Of a stretch of DNA of 64,000 nucleotides, positions 10,130-17,904 are shown piece after piece; the stretch's first letter is position 1; every line of letters begins with the position of its first letter. The notes under the pieces are model-generated. The model did not search any database. It was not told where the DNA came from and saw nothing but the letters and a program-made list of their open reading frames with translations. The position numbers were made by a program, and so were the translations under genes. The DNA lies in assembly GCA_050115495.1 (NCBI GenBank), contig JASFQK010000014.1, positions 32,001 through 96,000 on the forward strand. The letters run 5' to 3'. The stretch is from Phycisphaerae bacterium (GTDB taxonomy: Bacteria; Planctomycetota; Phycisphaerae; UBA1845; Fen-1342).

Positions 10130-10567
10130 CTACAGCCCGTCCAGCTCCTGCGTCGCGAAACCCTGTCGCCCGCTGCGGTAGCGAGGCGTGTCCTCCGCCG
10201 GCGTGCTGCCCGTGGGCAGCTCCACAGCCCCGCTGGCCACCCGCTGCAACCACCGCCGCGCTTCATCACCCAGCACGCGCACCCGTCCCGGCAGGTCGTT
10301 CACAAACGGCGACGCCTGCCACGCCAGGAACTCCGCCAGGTCCAGCACGCGCGACCGCAGCAACGTCGCCAGCTCCGGATGTGCCACCAGGTCCACCGGC
10401 GTCGTGTACTGCCGGCAGAGATAGCTGTCCGCCTCGGCCTCGGCCTCCGCACAGATCTCGCCGGCGACGGTCGAGTTCGGCGTCGTCCCGTTGACCCGGT
10501 CGGTCAGCCGCCCGTACAGCGTCGCCCCGAGGCGGGCGTTCAAATCCGATGCGCTGATGTACGCCAT
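10130..10567 (-). CDS. Mu gp36-like head-tail adaptor (DUF1320 family)
   Basis: MAYISASDL..RLG...LTDR...AEAEADSYL..QY..P...ARRWLQRVASGAVEL; position after the major capsid gene. Confidence 0.85.
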   Translation of the reverse strand: MAYISASDLNARLGATLYGRLTDRVNGTTPNSTVAGEICAEAEAEADSYLCRQYTTPVDLVAHPELATLLRSRVLDLAEFLAWQASPFVNDLPGRVRVLGDEARRWLQRVASGAVELPTGSTPAEDTPRYRSGRQGFATQELDGL

Positions 10568-10685
10568 CGCCCTCGTCCTCCATCAGAGCCCGCCCGATGA
10601 GGCGGGGCGGCCGGACGTCGCTTGCAGCAGACGAACGTCACGGCCGGCCCTCGCCTCCGGCGCGGCTCCCGGTCTCGATCGGGGA

Positions 10686-11609
10686 TCAACTGAAGGTTAC
10701 GAGGCAGGCGTCCTGCCAGAAGCCATACCCGGCCTCGTGGATCGCCTTCACCCCGTACTGGTGCTGGTTCTCGTTGATTTCGAGTTCGCTGCCCTCGGCC
10801 AGGGCCTGGACCTGCACGGGCAGCTCTTCCTGGAAGATGAACGGCCGCGACTCTCCGTCGGTGCGGAACACGGCGAACTGCGTCGTCCACGTCAGCCGCG
10901 GGTTTGCGGCCCACTCGACCTGGAACGGCTCGCCGACCTTCAGCGGGTTCGCCGTCCGATCGGTGCGGTCGGCCAGGGCCATCATCGTCGCCGCCCAGAA
11001 CGGCATCGGCACCATGACGAGGAAGCTCCGCGCCGCCTCGTTCATCGGCTCGCCCTGGTCATCGCGGAAGCTCAGGACCTGCCCGATCGCCGCCACGATC
11101 CCCGCGAACATCTCCTCGTCGGTCGGCGCCGTCGCGGTGGCAGCGTCGCAGCTCAGCGAGTTGCTCTGCGAACCCGAGTCGCCTTCGCTGTGCGTCGTGT
11201 CGAAGAACGCATTCCCGTCGTAGCAGGCCTCGCTCTCCCCGCTCAGCAGGAGAGCCGTCAGCAGCTTGTTCGGATGCGTGGCCACCCGGCGGGCCATCTC
11301 GTTCACCCGCACCATGATCTGGCCGGTCTTGTCCCGCCGCTGCTCGTCGGCGTCGACGCGAATGGTCGACTCCCACACCTTGTTCACGATGGTCACGCCG
11401 CTGGCCCGCAGCGGGCGCACCTTGCGACCGCCCTGCCACTCCCGCACCTGCGGCACCATGCCCAGCCAGCGGTACGTCTCCGCTTCCTGCGTGCTCACGA
11501 AATGCATCGCGAGCTTCGTCCACCACGCGCTCTGGGCGTATTCCTCGAGCCGCCGATAGAAGCGCCCGATGATCGCCCGAGACGTCAGCCCCGTATCCAC
11601 AATCGCCAT
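10686..11609 (-). CDS. Mu-like major capsid protein (gpT family)
   Basis: STQEAETYRWLGMVPQVREWQGGR, NKVWESTIRV, CYDGNAFFDTTH, RPFIFQ and GYGFWQ motifs; AAGGAG RBS. Confidence 0.93.
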   Translation of the reverse strand: MAIVDTGLTSRAIIGRFYRRLEEYAQSAWWTKLAMHFVSTQEAETYRWLGMVPQVREWQGGRKVRPLRASGVTIVNKVWESTIRVDADEQRRDKTGQIMVRVNEMARRVATHPNKLLTALLLSGESEACYDGNAFFDTTHSEGDSGSQSNSLSCDAATATAPTDEEMFAGIVAAIGQVLSFRDDQGEPMNEAARSFLVMVPMPFWAATMMALADRTDRTANPLKVGEPFQVEWAANPRLTWTTQFAVFRTDGESRPFIFQEELPVQVQALAEGSELEINENQHQYGVKAIHEAGYGFWQDACLVTFS

Positions 11610-11643
11610 CTGTCTCTCCTTGCACCCCTGAAAAGCCCCGTCG

Positions 11644-11720
11644 AAAAAGGGGACTGGCTCCGAGCCCCCAGGTTCCTAGTGCCGCCAAGACCGCCCGCGG
11701 CGAGGTGCCTGTCCCCTCTT
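11644..11720. repeat. host REP-like family C element inside the capsid operon
   Basis: AAAAAGGGGACTGGCTCCG...GGTGCCTGTCCCCTCTT, matching 1511-1620. Confidence 0.8.
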
Positions 11721-11802
11721 TCGCGCCGGCAACGCAACGGCTGCCGAGCTGAAGGCACTCTGTCATCCCTCGTCCGCCACAGGGGGCGGACGCTACGGCG
11801 TC

Positions 11803-12543
11803 CTACGCCGCGATGTCCCGACTCAGAATGATCCACTCGCTCCCCGTGCACAGCAGGTGCACGCAGTCGTAGCGGGCGTCCATCGCCGCGTACGTGGCCG
11901 AGTTGTCGATCGTCTCGGCGGCGTTGCCGTCGAGCGTGATCGCCGCGGCGTCGGCCGATGTCTTCACCACGCGCAGCCAGCCTCCGGCCCGCACCGTGGC
12001 GACCGGCGGCAGGGTCAGCGTCCGCGCCACCGTGTTCCCCATCAGCAGCACGCGGTTCATGTGGTCCAGCGTCAGCGTGTGGTTGGCGTCGCTCAGCACG
12101 AGCGCCGGCCGCCCTTCCAGCACGCCGCTGAGCGCCGCGATCGGCTGGCAGCGGACGCGGGCCACGCCGCTACCGTCCGTGCCGACGATGCGCCCGACGC
12201 GCGAGTTCCCCGCCGGCGTGAGCGTCAGCGTCTCGTCGTCGCTGGCGTAGATGTCCTTGCCGACGTCGCCGAGGACGACGCCCGTCAAGGTGTGCACGAC
12301 ATCGATGCCCTGGTGCAGGCGAACCGACACGCCGCCGGCGGTGTGGCCGGTTGCGGTGTTGTCCGCCGCCCGATAGGCGATGCCCAGAAACTCATCCCCG
12401 GCGACGAGCGGCCGGGCGTACCCGGTCGACCGATTCCGGCCCACGAAGGCGTTCCGGTAGATCTTCACGTCGTCATCCACCGGGACGTCGATCAACTCCG
12501 CCGACGCGTAATACGCCACATCCCGATCCGCACTGAGTGCCAT
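11803..12543 (-). CDS. Mu-like capsid decoration/cement protein fused to a C-terminal fibre-like domain
   Basis: N-terminal MALSADR..PV...KIY...GYARP...ADNT...DVGKDIYASDD...SRVGRI, in the slot between protease and MCP; extra TLTLPP...VVKTS...ETIDN...LLCTGSEW domain. Confidence 0.7.
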   Translation of the reverse strand: MALSADRDVAYYASAELIDVPVDDDVKIYRNAFVGRNRSTGYARPLVAGDEFLGIAYRAADNTATGHTAGGVSVRLHQGIDVVHTLTGVVLGDVGKDIYASDDETLTLTPAGNSRVGRIVGTDGSGVARVRCQPIAALSGVLEGRPALVLSDANHTLTLDHMNRVLLMGNTVARTLTLPPVATVRAGGWLRVVKTSADAAAITLDGNAAETIDNSATYAAMDARYDCVHLLCTGSEWIILSRDIAA

Positions 12544-12708
12544 GCCCGTTCTCCTGTGTCCTGCGATCCTCGTCCGGCCGGCAGTTCCGGCCGCACGCTT
12601 CCGTTCTGATTGCCGGCGGAGAAAGGGGACCGACGCCGCGCCCGACCGCCCTCGCCGTGGCCCACGCCAGACGCCCAGCGAGGGCCTGTCCCCTTCCTCA
12701 GCCGCCCG

Positions 12709-13848
12709 CTAGCGAATTCCGCTCAGCAGCACGCGGCCGCCCGCTACCGCCCGTGAGTACGCCGCCAAGTCTTCCGGCGTGACGCCCCACCGGCGAAACG
12801 TCTCGTCCTCGCGCCGCTGCTCGCGCGCCGTGTTTGCCACCGCCCCGCCGCGATCCCGCCGATCGAGAGCCTGCACGCGTCCCGGCGGCAGGATGACCGG
12901 CGCCCGCGTGAGGCGCTCTTCCGTCGCCGCCGCGTCGCGCAGGTAGTCCTCGCGCCAGTCCATGCTGGTGCTGTCGAGGATCTTGCCCTGCCGCAAGCCG
13001 CGTTCGACGAACGTGTCCGCCTCCTGCGTCGCGAGCCGCCGCCGCAGACGCGTGATTTCGGCTTCGGCCTCGGCCAGCGCCGGCGACAAGTCGTCTGCCG
13101 GCTCTTCCGCGCTGTCGTCCTCGTCGTCGAGGACGCTCTCGTCCGCGCCGCGGGCCGAGGCCGCCAACGGCGGAACGGCGCGCATCGCCGGATCGTTCGT
13201 CAGCGCCACGGGGCCGAGAGCGGCGAGGTCGCTGTGCTCCTCGTCCGTCCAGAAGATGACCGGCGAGAAGTAGCGGTACTCACCGCTGCGGAGCAGTTCG
13301 GCGGCGCGCTCGGTCCAGGTGACATCGATGGCCCAGAGGCCGTCGTCGCGGACTTCGAGTCCGCCGATCCAGCCCGCCGCCGGCCGCAACCCGTCGGCCC
13401 GCGTGTTGAAGCGATCGAAGCTCTGGTGTTCGTAGTCGATGGCGAGCTTTCGCCCGATGGATTCGAGCCAGCACTGGGCCGACTCGGCGTGGCGGCGCGT
13501 AAAGGTGAAATCGCCGCCGGCGCTGGCCCGTTCGACCTGCACCTGGCCGAACGGGATCAGCAGGAATTCGCGCACCGGCTCGCCGCCGGCCGCGGCCAGA
13601 CGCGTACATGCCAACAGCGAGCACGGACCGGCGGGCTGCTCGTCACTACCGACTTCCTGCGCGACTTCGAGCGCCGCGGCGCGGTCGGCGAGATCCGCCA
13701 GCACTTCACGCACGCGGCCCAGTTGCCCGGCCACGTCCTCCTGCACCAGCCCGGCCGCTTCGCGCAAACGCGTCAGAAGCTGCTCCCGCGCCACGTGCAC
13801 CAGCGGACTTGCCGTCTGCGTCCTGTCCTCGTTCACGGTTTGCTCCAC
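12709..13848 (-). CDS. Mu-like prohead protease I / scaffold (gpI)
   Basis: IDYEHQS, PAAGWI, WTERAAELLRSGEYRYFSPV and ALTNDPA motifs; acidic linker plus helical scaffold tail. Confidence 0.92.
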   Translation of the reverse strand: MEQTVNEDRTQTASPLVHVAREQLLTRLREAAGLVQEDVAGQLGRVREVLADLADRAAALEVAQEVGSDEQPAGPCSLLACTRLAAAGGEPVREFLLIPFGQVQVERASAGGDFTFTRRHAESAQCWLESIGRKLAIDYEHQSFDRFNTRADGLRPAAGWIGGLEVRDDGLWAIDVTWTERAAELLRSGEYRYFSPVIFWTDEEHSDLAALGPVALTNDPAMRAVPPLAASARGADESVLDDEDDSAEEPADDLSPALAEAEAEITRLRRRLATQEADTFVERGLRQGKILDSTSMDWREDYLRDAAATEERLTRAPVILPPGRVQALDRRDRGGAVANTAREQRREDETFRRWGVTPEDLAAYSRAVAGGRVLLSGIR

Positions 13849-13869
13849 GGCTGAAACCTCACTTTCTAC

Positions 13870-14394
13870 TCAGGCGGCCCCGCTCTGCCGGGCTTGCGAC
13901 CGCCCCGCCCGACCACCGGCGCCGTTTCCGTTCCCATTCCCGTTCACGCCCGGCGACAGGCGCAGCGTCTCCACGTTCCCCTTGCCGTTGACCTGTCCTG
14001 TGCTGATGAACCCGTTCGCCTGGTAGAACCCGCGCGGATCGCCGGAGGTGATGTCCACCTTGGCTCGCACTTCGGTCGCCCGGCTGATTTGCAGCAGCAT
14101 GCTGCCGATGTGCAGGCCGCGATACGCCGGATGAACCAGCAGATTCACGAGCCGATGCCCGCGGGTCGTCACCGCCGCCCCGACGAGCACGCCGTCGAGC
14201 TCGGCGACGTACACCTGGTGGTACGGCCCACCGACGATCTCCGCCAACTGACCACGGCGGAAGAAGTAATCCCGCCGCAGGAAGACGTCGTAGAAGAACT
14301 GGAGCGGGGAGACGTCGCTCGACTCCGCCCGGCGGAGCACCAATCGCGCCGGACCGTCCGTTTCGTGAGCGTGCTGCGGATCGTCATGATTCAT
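13870..14394 (-). CDS. GNAT family acetyltransferase
   Basis: VAELDGVLVG, LLVHPAYRGLHIGSMLL (acetyl-CoA motif A) and GFYQANGF; ATGA overlap with the portal stop. Confidence 0.85.
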   Translation of the reverse strand: MNHDDPQHAHETDGPARLVLRRAESSDVSPLQFFYDVFLRRDYFFRRGQLAEIVGGPYHQVYVAELDGVLVGAAVTTRGHRLVNLLVHPAYRGLHIGSMLLQISRATEVRAKVDITSGDPRGFYQANGFISTGQVNGKGNVETLRLSPGVNGNGNGNGAGGRAGRSQARQSGAA

Positions 14395-15671
14395 GACTGA
14401 CGCCCCCCGTTCAGAACCGGCTCATCGCCGCGGGCTTCGGGGATGCCGAGCGCCCGGTGCACCCACTGCCGCGGCACGGCGAGGCCGAGATCGTTCACGG
14501 CCACCGCCAGCACATCCGCGAGCACCTTCGTGTCCACCGATTGCACCAGCGACCGCCGCAAGGTCGGCACTGCCACGCCCTCGCCGAAACGAGCCCGCAC
14601 CAACGGCGTGAGCAGATCACGGCGAATCGTGCGGCTCTCGGCAGCGATGTCGTTGACGAGCAGATCCTCGCGAACACGGTCGTGCACCTCGGCCGCCGCC
14701 CGCGAGCCCGATTGCCGTAGATCGGTAGTCAGGTGCTGGCCGAGCCAGAGGATGGTGACTTCGGTGTTACAGTATTCCTGAAGCGGTTCGTACGGCCGCT
14801 CGCCCTTGCTGCCGTCGACAAAGTGGAGTTCGACGTTCTTGGAGAACGCCGCCACGGCGTCGCTGCTGAGGGCGTCGAGCATCCGCAGCAGCTCCTGCTT
14901 GTCGGCCTCGGGCAGACCGGGCTCGAAGCGGGCGACGCGCAGGGGCATGCCGGCGATCTGCGAGAACGTCAGCCAGTCCTTAAAGCTCAGGTTCTGGGCG
15001 AGGAAGAGCACCGCCGACGCTCGCAGCAGACCGCCTTCGAAGTGACGGCCGGCGACGGGCTGCGGCTGGTGAACGATCCACTTGTTGGGCTGTTCGTCGA
15101 GGGCGACGCCGACGTCCGGTCGCTCGGCCGTGAGGACGCGCAGGCGCCAGGGCTCCTGCGGATCGCCGACGAGGCGGCCGTGCGGGACGGGCACGAGGTC
15201 GACGAGTTGGCCGGCCTCCCAGATGAGCTCGACCGCCGCGACGCCGGTCGCAATGGCGGACGCGAGGTGATCGAGGATTTCGGTGAAGTTGTCTAGTTGG
15301 GCGAGCGTCTCGCGGCAGAAGTCGGGGGCGCCGGTGGCGTCGGGTGACGCGTCCGCCGACGGCAGGATTTCCCAGTCGAGGCCGGTGAGGGCGAGTCGGC
15401 GGGTCTGCTCGACGGCGGCGAGGCGCGGCCACTTCTGCAGCATCTCGCGGAAGATCTCGAATTGGGCCTGGGGCCAGCCGGCGTCGGCGGCCTGGAGGCA
15501 GGCGACGAGGCGCTGGGGCGTGAGGCCGCGGGAGGGATACGTGTGCTGATTGTCGGCCCGCCAGGGACGGATCACGCGGCCGGGGCTGTCCGCCTCGCGG
15601 GGTCCGCGGGGCAGGAGCGAGCCGAGGGCCCGGAACAGGCCGGCGAGGACGTGCTGTGCGGGGTGTGCCAC
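14391..15671 (-). CDS. Mu gp29-like portal protein (DUF935)
   Basis: YPSRGLTPQRL...ADAG, RRLALTGLDWEI, AAVELIWE, GMPLRVARF, LGQHLTT, AEVHDRVREDL; AGGAG RBS. Confidence 0.92.
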   Translation of the reverse strand: MAHPAQHVLAGLFRALGSLLPRGPREADSPGRVIRPWRADNQHTYPSRGLTPQRLVACLQAADAGWPQAQFEIFREMLQKWPRLAAVEQTRRLALTGLDWEILPSADASPDATGAPDFCRETLAQLDNFTEILDHLASAIATGVAAVELIWEAGQLVDLVPVPHGRLVGDPQEPWRLRVLTAERPDVGVALDEQPNKWIVHQPQPVAGRHFEGGLLRASAVLFLAQNLSFKDWLTFSQIAGMPLRVARFEPGLPEADKQELLRMLDALSSDAVAAFSKNVELHFVDGSKGERPYEPLQEYCNTEVTILWLGQHLTTDLRQSGSRAAAEVHDRVREDLLVNDIAAESRTIRRDLLTPLVRARFGEGVAVPTLRRSLVQSVDTKVLADVLAVAVNDLGLAVPRQWVHRALGIPEARGDEPVLNGGRQS

Positions 15672-15991
15672 GGTCGTCTCTCCTGGTGGGCCAGTCGGCG
15701 GCGTGCCGCGGCCTCACACGAGAAAGGATAGCACGAGAAGATAGGAATGCTAGGATACCCGGTTGGTTTGTCGTGGGCTGGCGTGGATTGCGCTGTTCTG
15801 GCGGGGATTGGTTGGGGGGAAGGAGCAGAGGGGCAGAGGAACAAAGGAGCAAAGGGGACTGCGGTCGGGAGCGGGTTGGCGGAGGGGGCGGTTGTTGGCG
15901 ATCGACGGCCGACACGGAGGTCGGCCGCTACGTTGCGCGGCGAGCGTCGCTCGGTATTCGACGTCGGCCACGGGGGGCCGACGCTACGGGG

Positions 15992-16074
15992 TGTGGCATG
16001 CCGAAGCGTAGCGCCGGCATGTCCTTCGCTCGCGTCAAGGAAGACATGCCGGCGCTACGCTTCGGCATGCCACA
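15992..16074. repeat. long palindromic REP/MITE-like family A
   Basis: GTGGCATGCCGAAGCGTAGCGCCGGCATGTC, loop, then its reverse complement; variants at 20202-20285, 24443-24527, 28000-28087, 35610-35697 and a half copy at 52927-52958. Confidence 0.85.
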
Positions 16075-16120
16075 TACCCACCGGATGCAATCCGGTGCCA
16101 CAATGTGCAGAGGTCGGCCG

Positions 16121-16927
16121 CTACGGGAAGTAGATCCACCAGGGAGGTTCGAGGGATTCGGGCAGGGACCAGCCGGCGAGCGCCATCGCGGCCAGGGTGC
16201 ACACCAGCGCGATGGCCAGGACGCCGAACGTTGGCGCTGTATTTGTTACCTGGGTACGGGCGAAGGTCCGCCATAACAGGAGCGCGTGGATCAACGGCAC
16301 AGCCGGCCAGGCGAAGGGCACGCCCACCGCGAAGTGAGGCACCAACAGGAGCAGCACGACCGACGGCCGAATCCCCTTCGCCGTCAGCATCGGCAACATG
16401 TAGAGCCACGCCCGCAGGCGCTGGTGCCAGCTTGGACGGGCAACGTGGAGGACTTCCGGCAAGGTGAGTAGTGGCATCGCTCCCGCCGCCGACAGGAGGA
16501 TGGTTCCGACGAAGCGTGGCGTCCAGACGTAGAGGGCGCAGCGGGCTGCCGCCGCCGGCGAGGCCCCCGTCCAGACAGCGACCGCGACGGCGAGGAGCGC
16601 CGCGGCGGCGAGGCAGTTCCACAGTGTCCCCACGACGGCCATGAGAATCGCGGCAGACAGAGGGCCGTTGACGTCCAAACGTTTCAGCAGCCGCGTCGCG
16701 GACACTGACCCGAAGGCGAGCACCGCGAGGCTGCGGATGAGGACCTGGTGCGGTTGCCAGAGGTCGGCGCGGTCGAGCCAGGTCGGGATGTTCTCGCGGA
16801 GCATGCCGCTGGCGTATTCTTCTGCAGTGAACTGGAAGCCGCATTCGGGACAACGCGGCTCGGCGAGGCCGCGCAGGCAGTAGCGGCAGCGTGGGCAGAG
16901 CACTTCGCGTTCGACGGCGTCGGCCAT
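16121..16927 (-). CDS. zinc-ribbon membrane protein
   Basis: N-terminal CPRCRYCLRGL...CPECG followed by several TM helices. Confidence 0.7.
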   Translation of the reverse strand: MADAVEREVLCPRCRYCLRGLAEPRCPECGFQFTAEEYASGMLRENIPTWLDRADLWQPHQVLIRSLAVLAFGSVSATRLLKRLDVNGPLSAAILMAVVGTLWNCLAAAALLAVAVAVWTGASPAAAARCALYVWTPRFVGTILLSAAGAMPLLTLPEVLHVARPSWHQRLRAWLYMLPMLTAKGIRPSVVLLLLVPHFAVGVPFAWPAVPLIHALLLWRTFARTQVTNTAPTFGVLAIALVCTLAAMALAGWSLPESLEPPWWIYFP

Positions 16928-16954
16928 GCGGGAATGGTACGGGCGGCCGAGCGG

Positions 16955-17878
16955 TCAGGCGAGCGGGTCGGGCGTGCCGGGGTGACCCTCGGGGTGGGCG
17001 CGGGCGTGGTCGGCCGGTTCGAGGTGCGAGGTGATGTGCACCGTCTCGCCGGGGAAGAGGGCTCGCATCGCGTCCTCAAGCTGGGTGACCCGGCGATGCG
17101 CCGTCACCATCGGAAGTTCGCCGGGGACGAGGACGTGGACGTCAATCCAGAGCTCGTCGTTGACGCGGCGGCAACGTAACTGGTGGTGGTCGGCGATGAG
17201 GCCGTCGTTCACGCAGCGCTGGAGACCAGCCTGCAACTTAGCGATCAGCTCGGGTTCGACCGCATCCATCAGGCCGGCGACGGAGCGGCGCACGAGGGCC
17301 CCGCCGCTGTACATGATCCACGCGCCGACAAGCAGCGCCGCCAGCGGGTCGAGCCAGGGGATGCCCGTGAGCATGACGAGGCCGACGCCGGCGATGGCTC
17401 CGGCCGTCGTCCACATGTCGGAGAGGACGTGCTGGCCGTTGGCGACGAGGATGAGGGTGTTGTATCGCCGGCCGACGCGAATGAGCGCGAGTCCGAGGGC
17501 GAGGTTGATCGCCGCCAGAACGGCGGAGATGGCCAGTCCGGCGCCGAGGTGGCGCAGCTCGGGCCCGCGGATGAGGCCGATGATGGCGCTGGCGATCACG
17601 GCCAGCGAGGCGGCGAAGACCAGGGCTCCCTCGAAACCTGCGGAGAAGTAGGCGACGCGGCCGTGGCCGTAGGGGTGGCGGCGATCCGCCGGCTGGGCGG
17701 CGTACCAGAAGCTGAACGCGGCCAGGATGGTGGCGACACCGTGGACGACGGACTCGGCGGCGTCGGAAAGAATGGCGGTGCTGTGCGTGATGGAGTAGGC
17801 GGTGACCTTGCCGACCAGCATGACCATGGCGGCCAGCAGGCTGATCGTCATGGCGGTCTTTCGCGGGTCAGCAGACAT
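16955..17878 (-). CDS. cation diffusion facilitator (FieF-like) metal efflux transporter
   Basis: SDAAES, HPYGHGR, HVLSD, WLDP and C-terminal IDVH...TSHLEP. Confidence 0.92.
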   Translation of the reverse strand: MSADPRKTAMTISLLAAMVMLVGKVTAYSITHSTAILSDAAESVVHGVATILAAFSFWYAAQPADRRHPYGHGRVAYFSAGFEGALVFAASLAVIASAIIGLIRGPELRHLGAGLAISAVLAAINLALGLALIRVGRRYNTLILVANGQHVLSDMWTTAGAIAGVGLVMLTGIPWLDPLAALLVGAWIMYSGGALVRRSVAGLMDAVEPELIAKLQAGLQRCVNDGLIADHHQLRCRRVNDELWIDVHVLVPGELPMVTAHRRVTQLEDAMRALFPGETVHITSHLEPADHARAHPEGHPGTPDPLA

Positions 17879-17904
17879 GGCGGAGCCTCACTCGGCCGAC
17901 CGGC

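Larger units (their letters stand above)
8395..15671 (-). mobile_element. Mu-derived head-only gene cluster (domesticated capsid system or prophage remnant)
   Basis: 11 co-oriented intact ORFs; no terminase, tail, transposase, integrase or repressor gene recognisable in the flanks. Confidence 0.75.

Noticed and set aside
8395..15671. Complete, active Mu-like prophage
   Set aside because: No transposase, repressor, terminase, tail genes or identifiable Mu ends in the window; flanks are host-type genes
8395..15671. Classical encapsulin or capsid-forming PICI
   Set aside because: Encapsulin operons lack a portal, protease and adaptor; cf-PICIs carry integrase, primase and terminases, none of which is seen
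15900..16080. CRISPR array
   Set aside because: Repeats are dispersed palindromes without regular unique spacers; no cas genes
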